Assembly: GCA_010356995.1 (NCBI GenBank) | Contig: ML996703.1 | Span: 620,001 to 684,000, forward strand | Source: Trichodelitschia bisporula | Taxonomy: Eukaryota | Length of the DNA stretch: 64,000 nucleotides | Direction of reading: 5' to 3' | Shown: positions 13,428 through 24,846 of the stretch, piece by piece | Layout of the letters: each line of letters begins with the position of its first letter | Numbering within the stretch: the first letter of the stretch is position 1 | Program-made: the position numbers and the translations under genes | The notes under the pieces: model-generated | The model's input: the letters and a program-made list of their open reading frames with translations, nothing else | Told to the model about the DNA's origin: nothing | The model's database searches: none

Positions 13428-14073
13428 GGATTCAACACTTAGTCCCGTTGGTGCCGTCGACTCCTTTTGCGAGGAGCTTTGCCGACGTCTCGAAGACCTC
13501 CGCCAAAATCAAGAGTCGCCCGATTACTCTTCATGCCACCCTGAGCCCTGGTGGCCCTTCCCGGACTCAAGCCGTAGCTCGTCGCTCGATATCCATACCC
13601 ATCGACTGTCCCGCGACTTCGACCAGCCTATGCGACGGCACTATGGCAACGGTCTTCCATGCCTGCAGAAGTCTGGCGCGTGTGCACAGACACGTCGTGG
13701 GATAGACACGGGCGGGAAGGAGGCTTGGGATGCAGAAGTGCTCAATCCTGAGCCGCAGCCGGCGTACCCCATAGAGCAGACCGGATACATGGCCATGGCC
13801 CACACTCAATCGAGAACCCACAGAAGACGCTCCAGCTGTCCCAATCCACGCAAGCGAATGACGGGTACCACGCATTACGATGAGTTCACCGGGGAAAGCT
13901 TTGAAAAGCGTCGGCCTACGGTCCCATCCAAGAGACGCCCCTCATTGCTGTCGTCCAGTTTGATGAACATCAGGGACAGTGAGGTGCTGGACACACGTCC
14001 TGATGCGATGGATCAGTGTGGCCCGGTGACAGGTTCCTACATTCAGGGCATGGAAGAGAACCAAATGATGTGA
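13428..14073 (+). CDS. possible small hypothetical protein (last exon; start unresolved)
   Basis: The frame of ORF 13630-14073 stays open upstream to ~13417 (DSTLSPVGAVDSFCEELCRRLEDLRQNQESPDY...). It is preceded by a CTGAC branch point and AG acceptors at 13420/13427. No recognisable domain. Confidence 0.3.
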
Positions 14074-15065
14074 GAAGGATCACTCCCTGGGAGGGTTGAC
14101 CACAAAGAAGGCTGACAGACATCAAGGCCATCGGCCGACAAGATACACAGAGGTGCTGGTAGAAGCGCCGCCGCGGCACGAGCCTACGACTTTGAGAACG
14201 AAACGGCAGTGTTTTGAACGTCGTGGCGATATTAATGTGTAAATTAACAAGAGCTTGCAGTCTGGGTTCCGGCGGACAGTTCTAATATTCTCCACGGTGG
14301 TTTGGGTGGCATTCTGTCCTATGCGTTTTCCTATGCGTCTGTTTCTAGAGTCAGAAAGTGTTCTAGTTTTCAAAGACAATGGAGCATAAACCCTGCGTTA
14401 CTCATCCCTTGCTTTGGCGCCTGGAACGTTGAAGTTGTTACCCCATGTCTGAGATAGTGCTGTTATCCTGCGATCGGAAGTGACGTCTGTGTCGCCCTGT
14501 GTTCGTGAAGAGCTGCAGTTCCGCCTGGTCATTGCGCTGGGTTAGGTATGTTAATCGCCTCGCTTAAGGCCTTGAACATGATGATAGACAGTGTCAGAGA
14601 GCGCAGTCCTAGATGGTTAGTTGGTGGCATAGTGTATGCGCTCTCCAGGGATAAGGAAACAGCTGAACCTGGACAATGTTGCCTTCGCCACCGAAAAACA
14701 AAGTCTCAAGGTCGGATCATCTTTGGTTTCTAGAAGTATACCCTTTACGGATCCGCGATGCAAGGTGCACGCTCAGCGTGCCACTACTGGGCAGTCTCCG
14801 TTCTCCAGAGAGAAACCATGCGCATACCGCCATGCGAGCGCTGCGAATACCAGTGCACGCCGCCTGATCCTTCAGGAATAATTGACTCGCTAGCATGTGC
14901 GACTGCAGCGGCGGGGAGCAAGGGCGCAAGGCGTGGGCGTCTTTGTGTGTTCCCCTCTATATCCCGCCGGTTGCGGTCCTGGTCAGCGTGCTATTTCATT
15001 ATGATGACAGTGATCTTTTCCTCTTTGCCGCTTCCTCACTCAGTTTCATCTTTTTGTGCACGAAC

Positions 15066-16637
15066 ATGTCGACGAGAGCGAACTGCGACGCCAGATACAC
15101 AGATCAATTTCCTCCACCCAGAGACGGCTTGCCCCCGACACCGAACAGTGCAATTTCTCCGCCACCTCGAGGCGCTTTGCCTCCGACCCCAAACAGCAGT
15201 CGTTCCCACCCCGGCCCGAGCGGCAAAACCAGAACTCACGGACCATCAACTGCACTACCGCCGTCGATCCGGCCCCTTCTGCCGCTGCCCCTGGCTCCCA
15301 GACGCTCAACCCCGGAAACACCACCGCTTACACCAGCCGAGCCCCAGGAACTGTCCGAGTCTCAGTGGGAAGACGTTCCGTCCGTCGTCCGGCGCACACC
15401 CAGCCGGAGGAGAGGGACAATTTACGCCGGTGGCTCACGGCGGCAGAGGCTGAGCGGGGGAAGCGGGCGGTCGGTAGGGGTTGCGCGGCCTCGGGTCGTG
15501 CGGGTTTATACTGCGCCACCAGTGACATCGCCCGTCTTGCCATCGCTGCCGCTGGCAACGCCGCCGTTTCCATCACAACACGCGTCGTTGCTGCCACTGG
15601 CGACGGCGCCGTTTCCGTCACATCCCGCGTCGTTGCTGCCGCAGATATCGAGACCGTCCGCCGCACCACCGAGGGATGATAGTCTGAGAGGTAACGCGGG
15701 CGGGCAGTTCGTGCTGATGGCGCCGCCGAAGAGAGTGCATGCGAAGCGGACGTCGCTGGGAAAGCGACCGTCTGGCGGTGGGCAGGAGCGGATGCCGTCG
15801 GATCCGGTGAAGGCTAGACCGGTTGAAGCGCGTGGGGGGAAGGCTACGCTGAAGCAAGTCGGTAGAGAAATTCGGAGACCAGGAGGAGAACGATGGACGG
15901 CGGGTTCAGTCGCGAAGCCGGCGAATCCGGAGTACCGTGAGAAGGCGATGGCGAACCTGCGGATCCGCACCGAAGCCGCTATCGCCGCCGTTGCGTCAGA
16001 TACCAAAGCTCAGCGACACGCGGCCTACATTCCTGGCCCGATCCGACTGGATCTATCGTTTGGGACGCCAGTGTACGGGCCGGGCGCATTCAATACAGCG
16101 ACCAGAGGCAAGCGGAGTGACAGTCCGGTCGAGGATGCGGTGGTCGATGACATAGTCTCATTCTTCGAGTCGCTGGGAATCGAGGTTCCCATGAGTGGAC
16201 TGGGCACCTTCTGGGTCGAATCGCCGGTGAAGCACGACAGTGCGCTCTCGCTGCCGAGCAAGCCATTGATAGCCCAAGATCCATGGGCCGAAGAGGACCG
16301 GCAGGCGGAGAGCTTGATGCAGACACGCGAGTTGTCGAGCAGCACGTTAGGCTCATACACGCAGAGCATCGTGGCAGATGACGTGTCTTCAGAGTTGCCG
16401 ATGCGAAGCTCGTATGCGTCGCGGGTAACGCCGCCGTCTCTACGCGCGTATCCTCCACCAAATTATCCTCCGAGCTTAACGCAGACGTCGCCACGCTGGG
16501 ATGCGGGCTCGATATCGCCCCCGCTCTCGACAGTTACGAGTCTTGGCCCCAAGCATGGGCACAGGAAGCCGGCGCAGCCGCCGCCCTCGAGAATGTCATT
16601 TCGAAGACTACTGAACTCTGCATCGGCTATCGTGTGA
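15066..16637 (+). CDS. hypothetical Pro/Ser/Arg-rich, probably disordered protein (~523 aa)
   Basis: Long single ORF (14895-16637). The most plausible ATG is 15066 (MSTRANCDARYTDQFPPP), after a pyrimidine-rich leader. It has internal peptide repeats and no known domain. Confidence 0.7.
   Translation: MSTRANCDARYTDQFPPPRDGLPPTPNSAISPPPRGALPPTPNSSRSHPGPSGKTRTHGPSTALPPSIRPLLPLPLAPRRSTPETPPLTPAEPQELSESQWEDVPSVVRRTPSRRRGTIYAGGSRRQRLSGGSGRSVGVARPRVVRVYTAPPVTSPVLPSLPLATPPFPSQHASLLPLATAPFPSHPASLLPQISRPSAAPPRDDSLRGNAGGQFVLMAPPKRVHAKRTSLGKRPSGGGQERMPSDPVKARPVEARGGKATLKQVGREIRRPGGERWTAGSVAKPANPEYREKAMANLRIRTEAAIAAVASDTKAQRHAAYIPGPIRLDLSFGTPVYGPGAFNTATRGKRSDSPVEDAVVDDIVSFFESLGIEVPMSGLGTFWVESPVKHDSALSLPSKPLIAQDPWAEEDRQAESLMQTRELSSSTLGSYTQSIVADDVSSELPMRSSYASRVTPPSLRAYPPPNYPPSLTQTSPRWDAGSISPPLSTVTSLGPKHGHRKPAQPPPSRMSFRRLLNSASAIV
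15546..15642 (+). repeat. 45-bp tandem repeat, 2.1 copies, coding (LPLATPPFPSQHASL / LPLATAPFPSHPASL)
   Basis: Units at 15546-15590 and 15591-15635 align without gaps, mostly with synonymous-position differences. Confidence 0.85.
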
Positions 16638-18472
16638 GGCGGAGGCCGCCCCCCTTGTGGGTCCCGACATTGGGGAGACATGCTTGGTGGTGACCAGGCT
16701 GGCCGTATTGTTGGGGCTGACCGGTGCGCCGTGGTTTTAGCAGGGATGTCGGCTGAACTTACGAAGTGCCGGTCCAGGGTGTGTAGAGAGTACGGTAGAG
16801 GCCGCCGGATGGGGTTATTTTCAGTTTCCGATGCAGCTTCTTCTTCTTGTCTCACGTAGAACAGACACAAAAAGAATATCGTACATACATCAGAGCTTCA
16901 TCCGAGCTACATCATAGCTACATCATGCTCATCCTTCGTTACCGTCGGTGTCAGCACTAGATGACGTAGAGTGGAGGTTGTTTGAAGCATCAGTGCGAGC
17001 GGATATAGAGCTTGGCAGCGCGCTTGACGACAGTGGAGATCGGGGGAGCGCGGCAGATCGGCAAGCGCGCGCGCTTGTTGTACGGAGTATGGAGATCGGC
17101 ACCCGATGGCGCCGCTGCCCATTACGGATGTACAGTAATTGGGAAGAGGCGAATATCCTCATCCTCATACACTTTTACTTCATGCCGACTCTTCAGTGGA
17201 GGATCTACTGTGTCCGCCGGAGCCGGTCGGAGTAGTTTTCCAAGACACGGGCCGGTGAGGCTCAAACGCTGCCATTCACGGGGCGTAAAATGGGCCATTG
17301 ACCGGAATCGGCGACTGAGAGATGCAGTGCGGACAAGTCGAAACATCACGGGGTGGTGGCCTCAGCGCCGGCGCGCATGAAATGGGTTGCGCGATACGGA
17401 GACGAGAGGGTGGTGGTGACAGTCGGAGGGGAGGGGACGAGGGGGATCAGGCTATGGCTGGCGAAGGGCTTATTTGGGGAGGGCTATATGGGTTGGCTGG
17501 GTGTGGGTGGGACGGGGGTTAGATACGAAGGAGATGAGAAGAGGCCGCGGGGTGTTGAAGAGGCAGACACGAGTCGAGTGAGCAGAAAGTGAGTGAATTG
17601 GCTGAGTTTAGAGGATGAGGAGGAGTGAGGGAGGGAGGAGTGAGGAGGAGGAAGAGGAGATTGATGGAGAAGAAGGCAGACAAGTGAGTTGGACAGGGGA
17701 GGGTTGGAGAGTGCAGAACAAGGCAGCAAATAAGACGAAGGCACGATGGGAAGAGATGGACATGGCTGCTTCACCGCCTCACCCAATCAGCCAAAGTGAT
17801 GGCTAATGACAAGAGTTTAGTGGCGCCGGAAAAGGCTTAGAGCGGAATAGTGTCCAGTTACTCCGCCTCTCTCTTTCCCTCCCTCCCCTCCAACTCAACC
17901 TCCACATCGCGCGACACCTTCGTATGGGGCTTTTCTAGTGGTTGCGTAGGTGCATGCGGGAAGAGGCAGAGACGCACATCCTCACCATCCACCAATCCAC
18001 CATCCACCACCTGTCCATCACCCGTCCCCACTCCAAGTCTTCCAAGTCTTCAACAATCCACTCACATCCCATGCCACTCACCTCTTTTATTCCCTCTTCC
18101 TACTCCCACCAAACAGCCTAAACAGCCGCATGTCGTTGCTGAAATAACAAGGCCATCCCCATCTCTCCCGCTTCGCCCCCCTCCTTCCCGTCCTCTCTTA
18201 CCTCTGATCTCCATCTTTCCCCACCCAACGCCTTGAAACTTCGGACACTAATTCACCACTCATCCGTTTTGTTGTCCCATATCCAAACGCCTTCACCCCC
18301 CCACCTACCCCCGCCCTGAGAATACCCGCTCATCTTTTCCCCATCAAATTACCCTGACGATCAGTCTGCCCTTTCCCCAATCCTCATTCTAACCTGAACG
18401 TGCGAATCTGCAATCGTGCTACAAATCGACAGCCTCAACGCAGGGGCTAATACGACTCGGCCTAACAAAGTC

Positions 18473-18547
18473 ACAACAACAACAACAATAATAACAACAA
18501 CGACAACAACAACAATAACAACAACGACAACAACAACAACAACAACC
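18473..18547 (+). repeat. imperfect (ACA)n trinucleotide microsatellite just upstream of an ATG
   Basis: About 25 ACA/ATA/ACG triplets ending 6 nt before ATG 18554. Confidence 0.95.
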
Positions 18548-18553
18548 GTAGAC

Positions 18554-20587
18554 ATGGCGTCTACGACGACAGCTGACATGCTCCAGTACCTCCTCCGCGC
18601 CATGGACAAGTTCAAAGAAGACCACCCGCATCTGTCCCACGAGGAGTTTCAACAGCACTGGAACCAGACACTGCAGCGCACTTCATCTCTTGGCCAGGCC
18701 ACTTCGAGGATCGACTCTGTCCCCAGAACCTTCGTATGTGCCTTTTTGGATCTCGCTCTTCCTAACTCCATACTCTCTTCGGTTGACTGACTTGCCCGTT
18801 TCTCCCCTCAGCCCGTTGCCAGCCATGCCCAAACCCAGCCCATGAATCGGAACCATGCCGTGTCCTGCATGTCCGCCCCCGCCGGCTCCACCATGTCGCG
18901 CGACTCTTCGATGCTCGGCCAGAGAACCTTCACCAACTACTCGGCCTACGGAAGCCAGCACTCGGTCTACGGCAGCCGCATGGCCAACACCGACATGTCG
19001 CTTGCCAACTACCGGCTTGACTCGGGCGAGGACTCCTACGAGCAGCCCGAGAAGAAACGCAAGATGTCCCACGTCTCGCAGATGTCAATGGTTACCGAGT
19101 ACGACCCCGCCGCCTTCGTCGCCGCCATGCCAACCAAGCTGGATTCCGATCCGCTCACAGCCTCCATCTCATGGTCCTCGGCCGACTCCGCCATCGACTC
19201 CATCTTCAGCTCCCCCTCCACCGGCCAATCCACCCCGGCCTCCTTCACCGGCATGAGCCGGAACTGCAGCATGGCGAGTATCTCGAATTCTCTTGTTTCA
19301 AACGTCAGCAAAATGCGGCGTGGCATGTCGAACGTATCTTTTTCTTCGACGCGTGATGTTGATGTCTCTCCTTATGATCCGCGCACGATGCACCAGTCAG
19401 CTTCATCGCACGGCATCGAGCACTCTTCCTCTTCAGAATCCCCCCCCGCACCTACCCCTACTTCTTCACTCTCGTCGCCTCATTCGCAAGCTATGAGCAA
19501 GTCTTCCTCCAGCGCGTCTCACACTCGTTCTGTCAAGCGCCGTCAACAGGCGGTGCAACAAGCAAAGAAGACGCCCCTTGTGCCCGTCCCCCAGTCCGAT
19601 GCAGCGACAGTGGGCTCAAACCCCATTACACAAATGACGCGCGTCAAATCCAGCGACGGTTCTTTCAAAGAGTACGCAGTCATCCCCAAGCAGGCGTCGA
19701 AGCAGTACCAGCGCCCTTCTCACCCTAAGCTGCACTGCACCCAATGCAACGAACACCCGGAAGGCTTCCGTGGTGAACACGAACTGCAGCGCCACGTTCA
19801 ACGTGCTCATGCTACAGTACGCAAGGTTTTTGTGTGCAAGGACGCCTCAGACAGCGGCAAGTTCCTGCAGAATTGCAAGCAATGTCGTGCAAAGAAACAG
19901 TACAACGCATACTACAATGCGGCGGCACAGTAAGGATCCTCGTCTTTAGGCCCGCTAATTGCAAGTCTTGATTTCGTCGCTGACCCATAATCCAGTCTCC
20001 GCCGCGCCCACTTCAACCCCCGCCCCCGCGGCCGCCGCTTCAAGGACTCGTCCGAGAAGCGTGGTGGCAAGGGTGGTGGGTACTGGCCTGAGATGGAAGT
20101 TCTGAGGTCGAAGTGGATTGTGGAGGTCGATTGCCGAGTCGACCGTGAAAGCGACGAGGTTGTCGAAAAGACGACTGACGCCGCCCCCGACGCTGACAGC
20201 GCCAGCTCAACTGGCTCAGAGTTTGCAGCAGACGCTGAAGCTGACCAAGACGTCGACACAGCGCTCGACCAGGCCCTGCCCATGGCGAGTGCTGACGCCA
20301 ACCTTGACTACTGGCTAGCCGCTGACCCCGCCATGCAAAATGTGCCAGAAATGCAACATGACAGTGCAGTAGACTACGACTACTTGGCTGCTTACGCATA
20401 CATGGCGGAAATGCCTGCAGACTCAGTATTGACGCCCAACATAACCTTGCAAGAGCAGCAGCAAGAGGGCTACTCATATCAAGACATGAACGAACAGCCC
20501 TTTGCTCTGTATCAGCAATATCCGCAAAATGTGGTGTTTCCAGAGGGCGATTTCGTGAGCGAAACATGGATGCATCAGCAAGCTTGA
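18554..20587 (+). CDS. KLAP1-like (key lime pathogenicity protein / DUF7896-type) zinc-finger putative transcription factor, 3 exons (18554-18733, 18812-19929, 19996-20587)
   Basis: Introns GTATGT(18734)...CAG(18811) and GTAAGG(19930)...CAG(19995) join three ORFs in frame. The conserved block is YQRPSHPKLHCTQCNEHPEGFRGEHELQRHVQRAH...[25 protein letters not shown]...KRGGKGGGYWP, followed by an acidic/Gln-rich C-terminus. Confidence 0.82.
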
Positions 20588-21568
20588 CTTGCTGAAACTG
20601 CATCTGTGGAGAGCCACGAAATCAACGTCTTATCTCCTTGACTCTTTCTTTATTTTCCTTGTTCCCTTGGTTCGGGTAACATTTTGTCTCCGTACTTTTT
20701 TTTTCTTCGGGTGTGGGAAGCATAGCTTCCAGCTCATCATCCTCATTTCTATTTAGTGCCATCAATACACGTCGCTACGGTAAGATTTGATGTCCATATG
20801 AGACCTTTTCCATTTCCTTTTCCTTTACTTTATTTTCTCCTCTCATGTTTCCTGTTGGTGTTTGTTCGTCTCTTTTGGCATTAGCCATCTAACAAAGATG
20901 CACACCCAAGCAACTCATCGTTAGCCTGGGATACATCTTTGCTAGTTTCTTTTCCCTTTCTACTTCATCATCTGGGCTTTGGGCTTTTGGATACCGGTAT
21001 GCATCTGCACGAAAGTGGCGTTGTGCTATTTATCATTGTCTTCCTATTATTTTACATTCATGATGACATGAGTAACGGACGGTATGGTATTCTGTCTTTT
21101 GGCGCGCGGGCAAGCGGGCGGTTTTTTGGTCGCGAATACCCCGGGTGGGTCACATCTGGTCTGCAGGCTGCATTTGGGTCTGGGATCGGCATGAGCATAG
21201 GACGGATGCTCCGGGAGTCTGGTTGTCATCTTCGTGCGCATGTGTATCTTATCAGTTCGATCGAAGTCTTGATTTCATCAAGCCAGCACTTGAATCTCAT
21301 CACTTTGAATCTTCAACGATCCCTGCATGGCAAAACGGCCATTGATCTGGCTATGTGTGTACTTGAGACCCTGAACAAGACATGTCCTCCACATGGTGAA
21401 GCTGAACCTTACCACACATAGGAACCCTAGTACATAAGCCCGGAAAATCGTAAAACTGGAAATCTGCTAGCATCCATCCTGCCGGCAGAGTCCCAGCCTA
21501 GATATGCCAATCACAAACACCACCACTCCTTGCCATGCACGTATCATCCGTATGTCTGCTCTGCGCGC

Positions 21569-24192
21569 TCAAACATCAGCACTCCGTCCCTTACCCTTGT
21601 CTTTGTCCTTGGAACTGGGGACGACAGTCGTCTTCATGACAACATAGAGCTCCTCCTTTCCCTGCGCGTTACGCTCGTACTCGTCGATGACGTCTACGTA
21701 CGTACGCTCGCCCTCGGCTCCGGCGTCGCTGCTGAACCCCTCGGCACGACCACTCATATGTTCACGAGGCGAGATCTGTGAGGCGCGCCCACCGTCATCG
21801 CCCAGGACAGCCCGGGTTGAGGCCGGGTTACTCAACTCCGAGTCAGTGGACGGAGTCGACACCCTAGCACGGTAGGATGGCCGGTGGGAGGTGCTCGGAG
21901 CTTGCGGAGAGGGAGCATGATGAGAAGTCACCATACGGGGATGGTAATACTCGGAAGACCGAGTAATGGCTTCCGCACGGCTAGATCCCGCTTGTTTAAT
22001 GCTCGAGCGCTGCGGGTGAGAGGAAGGGGGCGGTGGGCTTGCCCGACGAGCATAAGAGCGAGGTTCAGCACGGCGGGATCGAGCATCTGATAATCACTGA
22101 TTAGCAGAGTTCAAGGCGACTCATTACAATGATTATCACTGGTACGTACCAGCATCAGACAGCTCGAGCCGATTCAGGGAGTGAGCGATTGATCCGGTTG
22201 CTTCGCGAGGCGGGCCTTTCCTGTAACCTGATGTGTAGTCCCTAGCAACTCTGCCTTCAAGATGTACATCGGGTGCATCCACATAGACTCTCATGCTATC
22301 CCTGTCGACCTCGCGGAGTCTATGTCCAAGCGGGCTCGGCGACCTAAACGTGTGACAGGGCTGCTCCCCATGAGTGTCTGGAGCAGGAGGAGACCGACTC
22401 AAAGAGACCACACGCCGGAAGCGCCGACCATCATCCTCGGTCGCGACAACAACACGCTGGCGGCCCCGAGCTGCCTCGTTGACGCTCTCGGCACGCATGC
22501 TTCGAGAAGTCGCGGGAGGAGGCGGTGGAGCTCGGTAAGATGGACCGAGGCTAGGTGACGGACCGAAGTGCCGGCTGTCGTTGAAATATTCCGCATAGTG
22601 TCCATGCTCTGAGCGCGGTGGTGCTGCATGCGACGAGGGCTGCGGGCATTGCGAAGGGGCAGTCATGGGATGATTAGAAGCAGCAACTGGCGGCTGCTGG
22701 GAAGGAGGTGCTTGTGGATATGGACCAGGCGGGAGTTGAGAGGGACCCTGTTGGTACTGGATAGGGGGCGCAAATGGAAAGGGAGCAACACCACCAGGCG
22801 GGAACTGGAATGGAGGACCTTGGGGATGCTCGGACGGAGGGCCAGGCGGGTATGAATGTGCGGAATCGGATGGACACGCGGGACCTGGTGGATACATGGG
22901 ACCGGATGGATGATGAGAGGGCGTACCACCAGGTCCGGATGGTGGACGAGGCGAGGGGCTGGGATGCGGAGGATGAGAGCCGTCATCTTTAGGAGGTTCA
23001 ATGCGGCCCTGGAAAATTTCAGTAACAGCTCCAAAGGAAGATAAAACACAGTGCCTTACTTGTTTAAGCCACGCCTGAGTAGCCTCATGAGCAGATCTAT
23101 CGTCCTCTGGGTGCAGAGATTCCGCGCGAAACGGCCCCCCATTGGAGTCAGGCTGACGAGAGCGTACATCATAACGCTCCCGATACACGAATTCGCGCCC
23201 ACCGTCCTGATGGTAGAACATGAATCCATGCCGACGATCGTCCCCACCGTCGTCGTGAACTACCGAGAGTCGAGTACGATACTGAGATTGGGCAGGCGCA
23301 GACGGTGGAGCAGCCATTGCTTCAATAGACCTCAGCTCCGATGAATCATCGTCTTCCATCTTGCGGCACCTGGCACAAACTCCAGCGTCCACAACGACAC
23401 CCGGCATCAAGGGATTCTTCTTGTGGTAAGATGCCGACCGCGGGTTTCCGCAAATTCCGCAATGATGAGCAACGACTGTGAGTTGTCCGGCTCTACCAGC
23501 AATGTGCATCGGACTCATGTTGGGCATACCGATAGGTGAAGCCGGTCCTGGATCAGTCCTTCTAGTCGAAACGACAGACTCGATCGCGTCCTGCCACTCG
23601 TTAGGCCGCACAACACGTGGATCGGAAATCACCCCTAAGCAAGAGATACTTGAGTTTGTAGGGATAATGTTGAGATACTTACATCGGCAGGACCTGGACT
23701 CTGGGGAGCACTGGGAGGTGGAGCGCTTAATGGCGGAACCACGTTAGAGCCAACAAATTCTGGACCTTCTCCCCACCTGTTCGAGGATGTTAGGGGCGGA
23801 ACGCGTGAGTATTTGGGTTGGATTACTGACTGTTCATTTGAGCCAGGGGGCATAAGAGCAGGAAGCTGCGGTGGATTCGACATCCCAGAAGGAGCCATTT
23901 GCGGAAGACCACCAGGAGGCATGTACGGGTAGCCAGGCATCGGAGGCCCTGGATACGGCAGGCCCGTCGGCATGCCTGGAGCAGGAGCTGGCATGTAGTT
24001 TCCTTGACCTAAACCGCCGGGGACACTGCCACCTTGTTAGTACCGTAGGCATCGAAAGCAGTCGGAAGGCACGACATACTCCCATGGAAAGATAGTGTAA
24101 CTCCAGGTTTGCGCGAACTGTCCCGACGGACGCCGCTGCTCTCCCGGAGGCCCCATTCTGTAGCCATCACCATCGACAGGATGCCGAGACAT
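21569..24192 (-). CDS. multi-exon Pro-rich hypothetical protein with a CxxC...YH...CxxC motif
   Basis: ATG at 24192 (MSRHPVDGDGYRMGPP). Introns 24079-24026 (GTATGT..CTAAC..CAG), 23682-23591 (GTAAGT..CTAAC..CAG) and ~22149-22087 (GTACGT..CTAAT..CAG) join ORFs 23635-23994, 22136-23632 and 21569-21934 in frame. Two further in-frame 51-nt introns are likely. Confidence 0.75.
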
Positions 24193-24846
24193 CGCAGCAA
24201 ATCGTTAAATTGGTGATGAAGTTTCAAGTGAGGTACTCTCACAGCAGAAAGCTCGATGGTGCAGGATTATGGTAAAAGTATGTGAAGTGTAAGGTTTCGG
24301 AGAAAGCAAACTGAAGCGCACGATAGTGTGTAGTAAGTGTTTGGGAAATGGCTTCGAGAAGTGGAAGGTACGGTTCTTTTGGGTCGTGCCTTCCGCGAAT
24401 GTTGACAGGCTAACCATGACAACGAGGCACGTGAATAAGGTGATTGCGACCTCCGTGAACACCAGATATCGATTATGCCGGGCCATCTTTTATCCCCTTC
24501 TCCCCTTTGATCTGATAGAGCTCTGGTGGTACATTTACCTCGTCTTGGGATGCATGAACTTTGATGGGGTCTCATCTTGGCGTCCACAGCCTTGCGCCTT
24601 GTCCGGCTTAGTTCTAGAAATCCAACCAAAGCCAGAGCCTTCAGAGTGCTTACGTACCTCCAAACAGCTGTCATGTTGTCTCAGTGAATTCACAGTCTGG
24701 CTCTTAATGCAAGACCCACACTTGGTTCTAAGCAATTCAAAGAAGCCTGTCATTTCTTTTTTGTCTTGCCCGTGACGCCTTTCAGACCACCCGAAGTACT
24801 TTACATCCTTTATGATCCAACTCCTGCTTCATTTGTCTAACACCTA

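Noticed and set aside
14895..15065. N-terminal 57 aa of the ORF-track 580-aa protein with a hydrophobic stretch
   Set aside because: It probably reflects a T/C-rich 5' leader; ATG 15066 is the more plausible start.
18316..18335. CTGAGAATACCCG, like the TPP riboswitch J3/2-P2 core
   Set aside because: The upstream GGUG P2/P3 strand and the downstream CUGAUC..GAUAAUGCC..GCG elements are absent, and the gene is unrelated to thiamine.
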